64,000 bases of DNA, taken from an uncultured delta proteobacterium (lineage in GTDB: Bacteria; Desulfobacterota; Binatia; Binatales; Binataceae). The notes under the pieces are model-generated. The model made no database searches, was not told where the DNA came from, and saw only the letters and a list, made by a program, of their open reading frames with translations. The stretch spans positions 64,001-128,000 of the forward strand of contig CAWCDG010000006.1 in NCBI GenBank assembly GCA_963794325.1. Reading direction: 5' to 3'. Made by a program: the position numbers and the translations under genes. Position 1 is the first letter of the stretch. Each line of letters starts with the position of its first letter. Below are positions 39,225 through 49,238 of the stretch, piece after piece.

Positions 39225-40312
39225 AGGGGCTGGACCTGCATGCGCAGAGCCTCGTGATCTGCCTGGGACCCGGCGGTGTCGGCAAGACCACTATCAGCGC
39301 CGCGCTCGCCGTCCGCGCCGCGGTTCTCGGATCCGCTGTCGATGTGATGACAGTAGATCCCGCGCCGCGCCTGCTCGACGCGCTCGGACTCGACGCGGAT
39401 TCATCCGAACCGGTCGACGTCCATCTCGACGGCATGCGCCACCGGTCCAGGCGCGCGCGCCTCCGCGCGTTGCGGCTGGATCCGAAACGCACCTTCGATT
39501 CGATCATCACGCGCTACGCGCTGTCGGACGGGGCGCGCGACACGATTCTCGAGAATCGAATCTATCGCAATCTCTCGGGCGCGTTGGCCGGCGTTGCGGA
39601 TTACATGGCGATGGAGAAATTGCTCGAACTGGCGGCCAATCCCGCGACCGACCTGATTGTGGTCGACACACCTCCGGCGACGGAGGCTATCGACTTTCTC
39701 GGCGCACCGCGGCGACTGCTCGACTTGCTCAACTCGCGCGCCGTAAACCTGCTCGGCGCGCCCGCAGGCCTGTTCAAGAGCCAACTTCGCATCGTGGATA
39801 TCGCGGCGCGCGCGGTGCTCGCAGCATTCGATCGCGTGACGGGGTTGAACTTGCTGAAGGATGTGCAGTCGTTCGTCCGCAGTTTCGACGGGATGTACGA
39901 AGGCTTTTCGGCGCGCGCCACGCGCGCCCAGGAAAAGCTGCGCGACAAAGACACCGCTATCGTGGTCGTCACGACTGCGGAATCGAGCCGAATCGAGCAA
40001 GCGCGCGAATTTGTCGCCGAGCTGGAGCATGCGGGTTTGCGCGTGTCTGCGATGGTCGTGAATCGGGTGCTCGCAGAGCTGCCCGACGCCGCCGAACTCG
40101 CATCGGCGCATATCGCGCCGTCGCTCAAGAAAAAGTTGAAGCGCAATCTCGCTGACTATTCCGCGCTCAAGAAACGCGAGGAAGTTTCGCTTGCCGCACT
40201 GCGCGAATCACTTCCCGCCGGCAGTGTGCTCATGGTTGCGCCGGACCTCGGCCGCGAACCGCGCACCATTGCTGACCTGGCCGAAATCGGCCGCAGCATC
40301 CGGGCGGCGTAG
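39221..40312 (+). CDS. ArsA/Get3-like ATPase (subunit 2)
   Basis: GPGGVGKTT, TVDPA, YMAMEKL, VDTPP and VVNRV motifs. Confidence 0.9.
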   Translation: MKGLDLHAQSLVICLGPGGVGKTTISAALAVRAAVLGSAVDVMTVDPAPRLLDALGLDADSSEPVDVHLDGMRHRSRRARLRALRLDPKRTFDSIITRYALSDGARDTILENRIYRNLSGALAGVADYMAMEKLLELAANPATDLIVVDTPPATEAIDFLGAPRRLLDLLNSRAVNLLGAPAGLFKSQLRIVDIAARAVLAAFDRVTGLNLLKDVQSFVRSFDGMYEGFSARATRAQEKLRDKDTAIVVVTTAESSRIEQAREFVAELEHAGLRVSAMVVNRVLAELPDAAELASAHIAPSLKKKLKRNLADYSALKKREEVSLAALRESLPAGSVLMVAPDLGREPRTIADLAEIGRSIRAA

Positions 40313-40666
40313 TCAGCTCGGCTTCTTCGCGCGACGGACTGCTTTCGTGGGTTTCGCGTTCGCGGGTACGTCCTGATCGAGAACGCGATCGAGTTTGATG
40401 CTGAGGTTCAGCAGTTGCGAGCTCAGGTGATCGAGGCGCGCCTTCAGGTCGCGCACGTCCCGCTTGGACGGAATGTTGACGAAGTCGAGCATCTGCTCGA
40501 CGTTGCGATCGAACGACTGCTTGTTCGCCATGAAACGTTCACCGGCCTTGCCAAAACTCGAGCGCATCCTGTCGTTCGACATGATCTCGTTGAAAAAGCC
40601 GGTGATGCCTTCTTCGCTCATCTGGCGGAGACGGTCCATCAGGTTGTCATTGTCGCCGCGTGCCAT
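40313..40666 (-). CDS. Phasin-like coiled-coil protein
   Basis: NIPSKRDV.DL..RLD.L motif with a Lys/Ala-rich tail. Confidence 0.6.
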   Translation of the reverse strand: MARGDNDNLMDRLRQMSEEGITGFFNEIMSNDRMRSSFGKAGERFMANKQSFDRNVEQMLDFVNIPSKRDVRDLKARLDHLSSQLLNLSIKLDRVLDQDVPANAKPTKAVRRAKKPS

Positions 40667-40706
40667 CGATTTCAACTATATATAGAGGGTCGCGCCGCGC
40701 ATACCA

Positions 40707-41000
40707 ATGACCACCATCGCCAGCATTCTCGGTATCGCGTCAGGATTCGCGCTGATGGGGTACCATGAGCCGCCCGCGAACCTGATCGCGACGTCGATCA
40801 TTATAAACGTCGCGCTGACTCCACTGACTGGGATCGTCGCGTCACGTCGCGGACGCTCGGCACTTCGATGGATGATTGCGGGACTTTTGCTGGGGGCATG
40901 GGCGCTCGCCGCGGTGATGATTATCCCGGCGCCGAATCGCCCCGCTCCGCCGCCACGTCCCGAGGCTCCGCAGTATCCTCCTACTTCTCATGCTGCTTGA
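40707..41000 (+). CDS. Small membrane protein
   Basis: Three hydrophobic segments, A.RRGRS..W motif and Pro-rich tail. Confidence 0.6.
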   Translation: MTTIASILGIASGFALMGYHEPPANLIATSIIINVALTPLTGIVASRRGRSALRWMIAGLLLGAWALAAVMIIPAPNRPAPPPRPEAPQYPPTSHAA

Positions 41001-42117
41001 GCCACGCCAGTGTCGGCGCGAAAACCTGACTCTCCGACTTGGTCCCCGCCAACACGTCGAGATGACCCCAGTTGTCGAGCTTGGTGAATGACGGATCGGG
41101 CGCGCCCGTCGATTTCGCCGACTCCTCTACCTGAGTGGGCCAATTCGCGCCGAAGTTGGTGCTGGCGAATGCAATGACGGGAATCTTCGACAGTTTGAGC
41201 GACGCGATCAGTTCAGGCGTGAACGGATTCTCGGTGTCCTGAACGGCAGGCCAGTAGCGGTCGAAGGCAATTAGCAGTTTCGCGAGCACGACCGCGTCGG
41301 AATAGCCGCCCGGCATATTCGCGAACGCGCCGTTGCCGGGGGGCGCATCGTACATTACGTGTTCCAGGTTTTCGCGCGCAGTCTTGTACTTGGGAATCGG
41401 CGCTGGCTGATCGGGATTGTCGATCACCATCTGCATCAGCGTGTGCCGCTTGTCGTAGGTCAGGTGTTTGCCACCGACGTCGACGGCATATTGGCCGGGT
41501 GTTCCCGGTTCCACGCGCATCGGATGAGTCGGGATGAATCCGTCGAGCGCGATAATTCCCGCGACGCGTTCGGGATAATGCTTCGCGGCAAATAGGTACG
41601 CGAACTCGACGCCGCGGCTGAAGCCGGCGACAAAGATTCGACCGCGGCCGGATTTTTCGCTGACGAACTTCGCGGCGGCGTCGATGTCCGATTCGAAAAG
41701 ATCGTTGGTCCAGGTTGCGAGCTCGGAAAGATCGCTTTGCGGCGTCTCGGGAGGAATGAAATGGGTGCGATAATCCATCGACCACACGTCGATGCCGTGC
41801 TCGGCAAGGTAAACCTGGAACGAGTAGCGCGGATCATCGAGGGCCGCTTCGCCGTTCATATTGGTGCCGGGCAGATAAAGCACGACCGCCTCGGGATGCG
41901 CGGGAAGGTTCGGGCCCTTGGCTACGCGATGCAACCCGATTTTGTCGAATGGCGATTTGCCGACAGTCGCCTGGAATGTCCATTGGTAGATTCCGGGTGC
42001 GCCTTTGAGTTCGCGGGCCGCGCCCACTGCTTGAAAGTCAGCCGCCGATGCGACCGTCGCAATGAGAAGAAGCAGTGCTGCGGATAGGTGGAAGGAGATG
42101 CGTCGTCGAATCTTCAT
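40981..42117 (-). CDS. Secreted alpha/beta hydrolase
   Basis: Signal peptide; YLPG, GFSRG elbow and WGHLDVL. Confidence 0.85.
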   Translation of the reverse strand: MKIRRRISFHLSAALLLLIATVASAADFQAVGAARELKGAPGIYQWTFQATVGKSPFDKIGLHRVAKGPNLPAHPEAVVLYLPGTNMNGEAALDDPRYSFQVYLAEHGIDVWSMDYRTHFIPPETPQSDLSELATWTNDLFESDIDAAAKFVSEKSGRGRIFVAGFSRGVEFAYLFAAKHYPERVAGIIALDGFIPTHPMRVEPGTPGQYAVDVGGKHLTYDKRHTLMQMVIDNPDQPAPIPKYKTARENLEHVMYDAPPGNGAFANMPGGYSDAVVLAKLLIAFDRYWPAVQDTENPFTPELIASLKLSKIPVIAFASTNFGANWPTQVEESAKSTGAPDPSFTKLDNWGHLDVLAGTKSESQVFAPTLAWLKQHEK

Positions 42118-42175
42118 AGAGCTAATCCTGTCCACGAATTTGCATCGCCGCACAAGTGCGCGGGTGGATGCGTGC

Positions 42176-42214
42176 AACCTAACCCCTAACCCCTTCCCTC
42201 GAGGGAAGGGGAAC
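42176..42214 (+). repeat. Repeat family A copy
   Basis: AACCTAACCCCTAACCCCTTCCCTCGAGGGAAGGGGAAC. Confidence 0.9.
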
Positions 42215-42344
42215 AATCGCGGGAAATGAGTCGCTCAATTCTGGTTCGCGGAGGAAACCACTGCGAGGTTGACCCTTTGCGGGTTAGCATGCGAAACAGA
42301 AGCGTCAGGTTCACTCGTCAATCACGTACGGGAGATAGATTTCG

Positions 42345-43265
42345 ATGAGCAAGAAAATCCAATTCGCTTTGTTCTCTCCGCAGGCCGGACAGTCGTGGCA
42401 TCAGCTCGAAGAACGGGCGCATCGATGCGAGAAACTTGGGTTCCATTCGATGTGGCTGGTCGATCATATGTGGACGCGCGGGATGCCCGATCTCGACCAT
42501 CATGAATGCATGGCGCTAATGGCGGGGCTGTCGGCCAAGACCGACAAACTTCGCATCGGCACGATGGTCATCTGCAACAACTACCGCAATCCTGCGCTGC
42601 TGGCGAAATCGCTCGCGACCATCGATCACATCAGCAACGGCCGTCTCGAGATCGGCTACGGCGCCGGATGGATGGACGAGGAGTACAAGGCGTACGGCTA
42701 CGAGTTTCCGTCGATGGGCACGCGGCTCAAGATGTTCGAGGAAGGCCTCCATATAATGAAACTGATGTTCACCGAGAAGCGCGCGACGTTTGAGGGGCGC
42801 CATTACTCGATCAAGGAGGCGATCTGCAATCCGAAGCCGGTGCAGCAGCCGCATCCACCGATTACGATTGGCGGCAGCGGCGAAAAGATCATGCTGAAGC
42901 TGGTCGCGCGATTCGCCGACCGATGGAATTGTCCGGCCGGCTACGAAAGTTTCGAGCACAAGTTCAACGTGCTCAAGGCGCATTGCAAGGACGTCGGGCG
43001 CGACGTGAACACGATCGACATCTCGGAGCAGTTGCTGGTTTGCATCGGGCAGAACGACGCCGAGGTCGAGGCGAAGTGGAAATCGGCGCAGATGCTCAAG
43101 CCGTTCGTAAGCACCGGAATCAAAGGCACGCCGGAGCAGCTGATCGAGCAGCTCAAACAGCGGGTGGCGATGGGAATCACGACGTTCGTGATCTTCTTCA
43201 GCGACTTCGCGCCGCCGCCGACGCTCGAATTGTTCGCGAAGGAAGTGATGCCGGCATTTGCGTAA
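42345..43265 (+). CDS. LLM-class (F420-type) oxidoreductase
   Basis: WLVDH, YRNPALLAK..ATIDHISNGRL..G.GAGW and PKPVQ.PHPPI.IGG.GE. Confidence 0.9.
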   Translation: MSKKIQFALFSPQAGQSWHQLEERAHRCEKLGFHSMWLVDHMWTRGMPDLDHHECMALMAGLSAKTDKLRIGTMVICNNYRNPALLAKSLATIDHISNGRLEIGYGAGWMDEEYKAYGYEFPSMGTRLKMFEEGLHIMKLMFTEKRATFEGRHYSIKEAICNPKPVQQPHPPITIGGSGEKIMLKLVARFADRWNCPAGYESFEHKFNVLKAHCKDVGRDVNTIDISEQLLVCIGQNDAEVEAKWKSAQMLKPFVSTGIKGTPEQLIEQLKQRVAMGITTFVIFFSDFAPPPTLELFAKEVMPAFA

Positions 43266-43298
43266 GAAGTTTGTATCGCGAAATGGACCGGCACTAGA

Positions 43299-44303
43299 TT
43301 GGATCAACAGAGACTCACCGAATATCTGAAGCGGCGGATGCCGCATGCGCGCGAGCATCGGGTGGCCGGCCTCAAGCGGATCTCCGGCGGATCGTCGCGC
43401 GAGACCTACGCGTTCGACCTGGAATGGAGCGAAGGCGGCGAGACGCGCACCCGCCCGATGATTGGGAGGCGCGATCCGACTGGAGGGTTGCTCAAGTCGG
43501 ATCGCGAGCGGGAGTTCAAAGTGATCGAGGCGGTGCATCGCGCGGGCCTCAAGGTTCCGGAGCCGCTGTTCCTGGAGCTCGATGCGAGCGTGATGGACCG
43601 GCCGTTCTTCATCATGCATCGCGCGGCGGGCCGTACTGGAATGGGAGCGTTTGCCGCCACCGAGCCCGAATCTCTCCGCGCGAAGGTCGCAGACGACTTC
43701 CTCAGCGAGTTGGCGCGACTGCAATCGCTCGACTACCGGGAATGCGGTCTCGAGATTCTTGGAGCTCCGACAAGTCTCGACGCACCGGCCCGCATCCAGG
43801 CCGCGCATTGGAACGACATTTATGAGCGCGATCGGATGGGCGAGCACTATCCGATTCTCGACGCGGCGTTCGCGTGGCTGAAGGCCAATCCCGTCGTGAG
43901 CGACCGCATCGTGATCGTGCATGGCGACTATCGCTCGGGGAACTATTTGTACGACGAGAACGGAATCATCGCGACGCTCGATTGGGAGATGGCCCATCTC
44001 GGCGACCCGATGGAGGATCTCGGGTGGGCGTCGATGACGTTCTGGGGACGCGAGGAGTTGGCGGGCGGACTGACGGAGCGCGAGGCGTTCTACCGGCTGT
44101 ACGAACATAAGTCCGGCCATGCAGTGGACCGCGCGCGCCTGTTCTTTTACCAGGTGCTCGGCAACGCGAAGATGGCCGTGATCTGCCTGACTGGAATCCG
44201 CGACTTCGTCGAGCAACGCACATCGGACGCGGTGATGCCGTTTCTCGAACTGCTGCTGCCGGCATTGTTCGAGGACCTGGCCAACCAACTCCGATTGGTC
44301 TGA
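43299..44303 (+). CDS. APH/phosphotransferase family protein (ACAD10/11 kinase-like)
   Basis: GGSSRET, VHGDYRSGN and LDWEMAHLGDP.EDL motifs. Confidence 0.9.
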   Translation: MDQQRLTEYLKRRMPHAREHRVAGLKRISGGSSRETYAFDLEWSEGGETRTRPMIGRRDPTGGLLKSDREREFKVIEAVHRAGLKVPEPLFLELDASVMDRPFFIMHRAAGRTGMGAFAATEPESLRAKVADDFLSELARLQSLDYRECGLEILGAPTSLDAPARIQAAHWNDIYERDRMGEHYPILDAAFAWLKANPVVSDRIVIVHGDYRSGNYLYDENGIIATLDWEMAHLGDPMEDLGWASMTFWGREELAGGLTEREAFYRLYEHKSGHAVDRARLFFYQVLGNAKMAVICLTGIRDFVEQRTSDAVMPFLELLLPALFEDLANQLRLV

Positions 44304-44312
44304 GGTGATGAG

Positions 44313-44765
44313 ATGTTCCGGCCGACGTTGAATGAACTCATCAGCGGAATGCAGCGCACGATCATGGAGGCGCTGATGCCTGAGCTCACCTCGCCATATG
44401 CGCAGGGGCAGGCGATGTCGGCGATCGGGATGCTCGCGCATGCGGCGGCGGTGCTCGATTCGGCGCCCGCCTACGACGCTGCCGAGATAAAGGATCTGCG
44501 TGCGACATTCGCGGCGCTGAAACGGATCGGCGACAAGCACATCTCGAAAAAAGGCGGCCTTCGCGGCGCGCTCGCACGCGCAACTCGCGCCGCTGCGAAG
44601 AGTCCGCCGGATCGCCGCGAGATGGAAGCTGCGATGTCCGTGTTCGCGACGGTCGTCGCTCTCGGCAACGCCGACGACAGAGTCGCGCGACAGGTCCGCG
44701 GCTACCTCAAGCGCCACCTCGAGCGCTCGCGCAACCTGCTCGGCAATTTCTTGCCGAACGCCTGA
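44313..44765 (+). CDS. Hypothetical helical protein co-transcribed with the phosphotransferase
   Basis: GAGG RBS; RPT..ELI N-terminus typical of such partners. Confidence 0.65.
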   Translation: MFRPTLNELISGMQRTIMEALMPELTSPYAQGQAMSAIGMLAHAAAVLDSAPAYDAAEIKDLRATFAALKRIGDKHISKKGGLRGALARATRAAAKSPPDRREMEAAMSVFATVVALGNADDRVARQVRGYLKRHLERSRNLLGNFLPNA

Positions 44766-45081
44766 CGCATTAGATACGCAGCAATCCTGAGCAAGCCTCG
44801 AGGCCTGCTCTATCTTGCGCAATAAGACGCTATCTCTAGCCATCATTGGCAGCTTTCAAGTCAGCCTGCTCGTGCCAAGGCTTCTTGCGCACGAAAATCA
44901 ATGAGAGTAGATTGCGTAAAGTTAATTAGGGTTGCGATACGGTTCATTAGCTAAGAGTATAAAAGGACCACTAACTGTATGTGGCGGTCTTGCTACAAAT
45001 AGTTAGAAGCTCTAATGTGGACCGTAGGCGCGAGGTTGGGCAATTCAGAGTTGCCGCAGAAAAGACTGCGAGGATAAAACC

Positions 45082-45360
45082 ATGAGCGTCGTTATCATTC
45101 CCACACCCGGAACGACCGGCGGCCCATGCCGCGGATCCTGCGATCATGCCAAGTGTCACACGCTGCGCGCGATGGCGGACGAGCGATGCCATCACTGTGG
45201 CGTCCGGTTTGGTTTCGGCACCAGGATAACCGGCGAGCCGTCGCTGCATCTGCGATGCGCTCAGTCTGTCGCGGCGCGCGATGGCGCACCGGCCACTCAT
45301 CCCATCAATGATCCGGCCGCAGCCCACAACGTCCCGAGTCATCACGGCGACAAGCACTAG
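45082..45360 (+). CDS. Small Cys/His-rich putative zinc-binding protein
   Basis: AGGA RBS; CRGSCDHAKC, CHHC and HLRC. Confidence 0.6.
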   Translation: MSVVIIPTPGTTGGPCRGSCDHAKCHTLRAMADERCHHCGVRFGFGTRITGEPSLHLRCAQSVAARDGAPATHPINDPAAAHNVPSHHGDKH

Positions 45361-45458
45361 ATCCCTTTCGATTTCATATTCGATTTGACTGTCAGCACGC
45401 CGGCGCGATCGCCGGCGCGCGCTTGACACTCTCGCCGCCTGCGCGCTACCGCTCTGAC

Positions 45459-46901
45459 GTGAACACCGAAAAGGTTTCTCAAGTGCGGGCGTTGCGCGAG
45501 CGGCTCGATCATCCTGTGATCGACGCCGACGGGCACCTCATCGAACCAGCTCCGCTGTTCAACGAATATCTTCAGAAGGTCGGCGGCGCCGATATGCTCG
45601 AGCGCTACAATCGTGAGCTTCGCGAGCATCCGACTGGTTCGCGCGGAAATCGGGACGCGGGCGATATGCGCGGTGCATGGTGGGGCGTCGTCAACGACGC
45701 GTATGACCTCGCGACCGTCATGGCGCCGCGGCTTTTGTACAGCAGACTGAACGAGCTCGGGGTCGATTTTTCGATCTTGTATCCGACGCTCGGACTCGCG
45801 CTGCCGACGATTCATGACGGCGAAGTGCGGCGGATCGCTTGTCGCGCCTTGAATACGATGAACGCGGAAATTTGTGGACAGTTCCGCGACCGGATCGCGT
45901 CGGCCGCGGCAATCCCGATGCACACGCCCGACGAAGCGATCGCCGAGCTCGAATACGCGTCGCGGCTTGGCCTGAAAGTCGCGATGGTCCCGCCGGGGGT
46001 GGCGCGTCCGATTCCCGAGCTCGAACGCGAACATCCGGATGCATTCCCCAACGCGGCGTATTTCGATTGTTATGGGCTGGATAGTTTCTTCGACTACGAC
46101 CCGGTGTGGCGCAAATTTGTCGAGCTGAAAATCGCGGTCACTTCGCACGGCGGCGTCGGTCTGCGCTATCTGCCGCTCGGACGGCGATCGCCCACCAACT
46201 ACATGTTCAATCATATCGGCGCGCATGCGTATCAGCAGGGCGAGCTGTGCCGATCGATCGTGATGGGCGGAGTGGCGACGCGGTTTCCGGATTTGGCGTT
46301 CGGATTTCTGGAGTGCGGTGCGGGATGGGCCTGCGACCTGCTCCATTCGCTCGAAGAGCATTGGGAAAAGCGCAACGTGGCGGGCCTGGTGAATTACGAT
46401 CCGGCGCGACTCGATCGCCCGCGACTGCATCAACTGCTCGCGGAATACGGCGGTCGGGGATTCATCGCGAAGAACTCGGCGCGCGCCGTGCGGGCATACG
46501 ACGAAGGACTCGAGCGTCACGATCGCGCGGCGGATCGCGATGAATGGGCGCTGACTGGAGTGCGCGACGAGCACGACTTCGCGCGAATCTTCGGCAACTT
46601 CTATTTCGGCTGCGAGGCCGATGACTTGAGCGTCCATCGCGCGCTCGACGCTAGCGCCAATCCGATGCGGACGCGGCTTCAGCCGATCTTCTCGTCCGAC
46701 ATCGGGCACTGGGACGTGCCGGATATTTCGACTGTGCTGCTCGAAAGCCATAAGCTGGTGGACAAGGGACTCTTGAGCGATGCTGATTATCGCGACTTCG
46801 TTTTCACGTATCCGGCGCAGCTTCATCTGAAGGCCGACCCCGAATTCTTCGCAGGCACCGCAATCGAAGGGGCCGTCGCCAAGCTCAACGCCCAACGCTA
46901 G
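45459..46901 (+). CDS. Amidohydrolase family protein
   Basis: VIDADGH, LYPT, FLECGAGW and FSSDIGHWD; TTGACA promoter just upstream. Confidence 0.88.
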   Translation: MNTEKVSQVRALRERLDHPVIDADGHLIEPAPLFNEYLQKVGGADMLERYNRELREHPTGSRGNRDAGDMRGAWWGVVNDAYDLATVMAPRLLYSRLNELGVDFSILYPTLGLALPTIHDGEVRRIACRALNTMNAEICGQFRDRIASAAAIPMHTPDEAIAELEYASRLGLKVAMVPPGVARPIPELEREHPDAFPNAAYFDCYGLDSFFDYDPVWRKFVELKIAVTSHGGVGLRYLPLGRRSPTNYMFNHIGAHAYQQGELCRSIVMGGVATRFPDLAFGFLECGAGWACDLLHSLEEHWEKRNVAGLVNYDPARLDRPRLHQLLAEYGGRGFIAKNSARAVRAYDEGLERHDRAADRDEWALTGVRDEHDFARIFGNFYFGCEADDLSVHRALDASANPMRTRLQPIFSSDIGHWDVPDISTVLLESHKLVDKGLLSDADYRDFVFTYPAQLHLKADPEFFAGTAIEGAVAKLNAQR

Positions 46902-46910
46902 AGGCGCTCG

Positions 46911-47690
46911 ATGCTTTCGATTGAACAAAAGCGCGATTGGGACGAGAAGGGGTTTTTCATCATCCGCGGCTTCGCGCCGATCGAGGACTGCCGCGCGATG
47001 CATGAGCGAGTTGTCGAGATTTGCCGTCTGAACGCAGCGGGGCAAAGCGTTGCGAATGTTTTCGTATTGCCCGAAAAGAAACCGAACCCGCTTGCGCGAA
47101 ACCCCGAGGACAATGTCGGGAAGGTTTTCCGGCTCCATCGCGATCCGATTTTCAAAAAGCTCGCCGAGGATTCCGCGGTGGTCGGCATGGTGAGCGAATT
47201 GATCGGACCGGAACTCGACTGCTTCGTCAGCCAATTCATTTTCAAAAATCACGGCGCGCTGGGGCAGCCTTGGCATCAGGATTCGTATTACTTCGCGTTC
47301 AGCACGCGCCCGCAGGTCGGAGTCTGGTTGGCGGTCACCGAAGCGACGCTCGATAACGGATGCCTGCACGTGATGCCGGGATCTCACCTCGAACCGGTAC
47401 ACCAGCACGTGCCGGACCGGCGTCCGCATGCGCAATACGGCTACACGGAGATCGTCGATTACGACATGTCGAAGTCGGTGCCGGTCCTGATGCAAGCCGG
47501 CGACCTGCTGGTGTTTCACAGTCACCTGATGCATCGATCGACCGACAACATGTCCGGCAGCATTCGCGCCGCGATGGTGTGGCACTACACGAAGTCGGGG
47601 ACGATCGATCAAACCAGGGAAAGGTTCGGACATCAAAACCCTTCGCACGATTTTATGAAGATCGAGCGGCGCCCCGCTGTTGAGGATTGA
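46911..47690 (+). CDS. Phytanoyl-CoA dioxygenase family Fe(II)/2OG enzyme
   Basis: WHQD, NGCL...PGSH and FHSHLMHRS..N motifs. Confidence 0.92.
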   Translation: MLSIEQKRDWDEKGFFIIRGFAPIEDCRAMHERVVEICRLNAAGQSVANVFVLPEKKPNPLARNPEDNVGKVFRLHRDPIFKKLAEDSAVVGMVSELIGPELDCFVSQFIFKNHGALGQPWHQDSYYFAFSTRPQVGVWLAVTEATLDNGCLHVMPGSHLEPVHQHVPDRRPHAQYGYTEIVDYDMSKSVPVLMQAGDLLVFHSHLMHRSTDNMSGSIRAAMVWHYTKSGTIDQTRERFGHQNPSHDFMKIERRPAVED

Positions 47691-47693
47691 AGC

Positions 47694-49238
47694 ATGAATG
47701 GAGCTGAGAGCCTGATTCGGACCGCGATCGCGGCCGGTGTGGAAGTCTGTTTCGCAAATCCGGGCACGACCGAGATGCCGATTGTGGCGGCGCTCGACTC
47801 GGCCGACGGGCTGCGAGCGATTCTCGGATTGTTCGAAGGCGTTTGCACAGGAGCCGCCGACGGTTACGGACGGATGGCGGAGAAGCCGGCGTTGACGCTG
47901 CTGCATCTTGGGCCCGGCTTCGCCAACGGCATTGCGAATCTTCATAACGCGCGGCGCGCGCGATCGCCGATTGTGAATCTGATCGGCGACCATGCGACAT
48001 GGCACGTCGGCGCCGACGCACCACTGACGTCGGACATCCTTTCGCTGGCGAGGCCGGTTTCAGGATGGGTGCGCAGCGCCCGCAATGCGGCATCGCTTGC
48101 GGGTGAAACGGCGGAGGCGATCGCGGCGGCAGGCCGCGCACCGGGGCAAGTGGCAACGTTGATCATCCCATCGGATTGCCAGTGGGATCCGGCGGAACGC
48201 GAGGCCGGAGCAATCGAGCCGACCGCGCCGCTACAAGTGTCTTCGGAAGCGATCAAGCGTGCCGCCGAATCGACGCGCAAGGGCAAGAAAGTCGCACTCT
48301 TGCTGGGTGGCATGGCGCTTCGAGCGCGCGGACTGAAGGCGGCTGTGCGCATCGCCGCAAAATCCGGATGTCATCTGATCTGCGAAACGTTCCCCGCTCG
48401 CCTGGAGCGCGGCGCCGGGATGCCGGTGCTCGACCGCTTGCCCTACTTTCCTGAACAGGCGATCGACATGCTGAAGGCGTTCGATACAATCGTCCTCGCG
48501 GGCGCAAAGAGGCCGGTCGCTTTCTTCGGCTATCCCAATTTCCCGAGCCAGTTGATCCCCGAAGGCCTTGATGTCGCGATGCTGGCAGAGCCGACTGATG
48601 ATGTCCCTGCCGCGCTGGAAGCACTCGCGAGCGAAATCGGCGCGCCGGTTTCAGTTGCGACCCCGTCGAAGATTGCACGTCCCGAACGTCCTGTCGGAAA
48701 ACTCAATGCGATGACCGCGGGCGCCGCGATTGCGGCATCGATGCCCGAGGGCGCGATCGTGATGGACGAGGCTGCCACCACCGGGCTGCCATTCCTGGCC
48801 GCGTCGGCAGCGGCACCGCCGCATACCTATCTCTCGCTCACCGGCGGCGCGATCGGACAAGGACTGCCATGCGCGACTGGTGCGGCGGTCGCGTGTCCTG
48901 ATCGGCGCGTGATCGCTTATCAAGCCGACGGCAGCGCGATGTACACGATCCAATCGCTGTGGACGCAGGCGCGAGAGTCGCTCAACGTCACGACGGTGCT
49001 GTGCAACAACCGCAGTTATCGAATTCTGCAGGTTGAACTCGCGCGCGCGGGCGTGACGGAGCCCGGCCGCAAGGCGCGATCGCTCACAGAGCTTTCGAAA
49101 CCTGATATCGAGTGGACGAACCTGGCGCGCGGACTCGGTGTGCCAAGCGTACGGGTCGAGACGGCGGAGGCGCTCACGCAAGAATTGGAACGATCGCTCG
49201 CGACAGTGGGGCCGGCGCTGATCGAGATGATTCTTTAG
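47694..49238 (+). CDS. ThDP-dependent acetolactate-synthase-large-subunit-like enzyme
   Basis: CFANPGTTE, GAADGYGR, GGAIGQG and ADGSAMYT...NN motifs. Confidence 0.92.
   Translation: MNGAESLIRTAIAAGVEVCFANPGTTEMPIVAALDSADGLRAILGLFEGVCTGAADGYGRMAEKPALTLLHLGPGFANGIANLHNARRARSPIVNLIGDHATWHVGADAPLTSDILSLARPVSGWVRSARNAASLAGETAEAIAAAGRAPGQVATLIIPSDCQWDPAEREAGAIEPTAPLQVSSEAIKRAAESTRKGKKVALLLGGMALRARGLKAAVRIAAKSGCHLICETFPARLERGAGMPVLDRLPYFPEQAIDMLKAFDTIVLAGAKRPVAFFGYPNFPSQLIPEGLDVAMLAEPTDDVPAALEALASEIGAPVSVATPSKIARPERPVGKLNAMTAGAAIAASMPEGAIVMDEAATTGLPFLAASAAAPPHTYLSLTGGAIGQGLPCATGAAVACPDRRVIAYQADGSAMYTIQSLWTQARESLNVTTVLCNNRSYRILQVELARAGVTEPGRKARSLTELSKPDIEWTNLARGLGVPSVRVETAEALTQELERSLATVGPALIEMIL

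Noticed and set aside
38340-40312. Arsenic resistance operon
   Set aside because: No arsB/acr3/arsC/arsR/arsD, and the single-domain ATPases lack the ArsA metalloid-binding Cys set.
42516-44846. 776-aa ORF on - strand
   Set aside because: Antisense to three well-supported + strand genes; Arg/His-rich shadow composition.
44862-44880. Sigma54 promoter on - strand (TTGGCACGAGCAGGC)
   Set aside because: GG-GC spacing is 9 rather than 10, and there is no gene downstream on that strand.
45357-48005. 882-aa ORF on - strand
   Set aside because: Antisense to the amidohydrolase, PhyH and ThDP-enzyme genes; no domain motifs.
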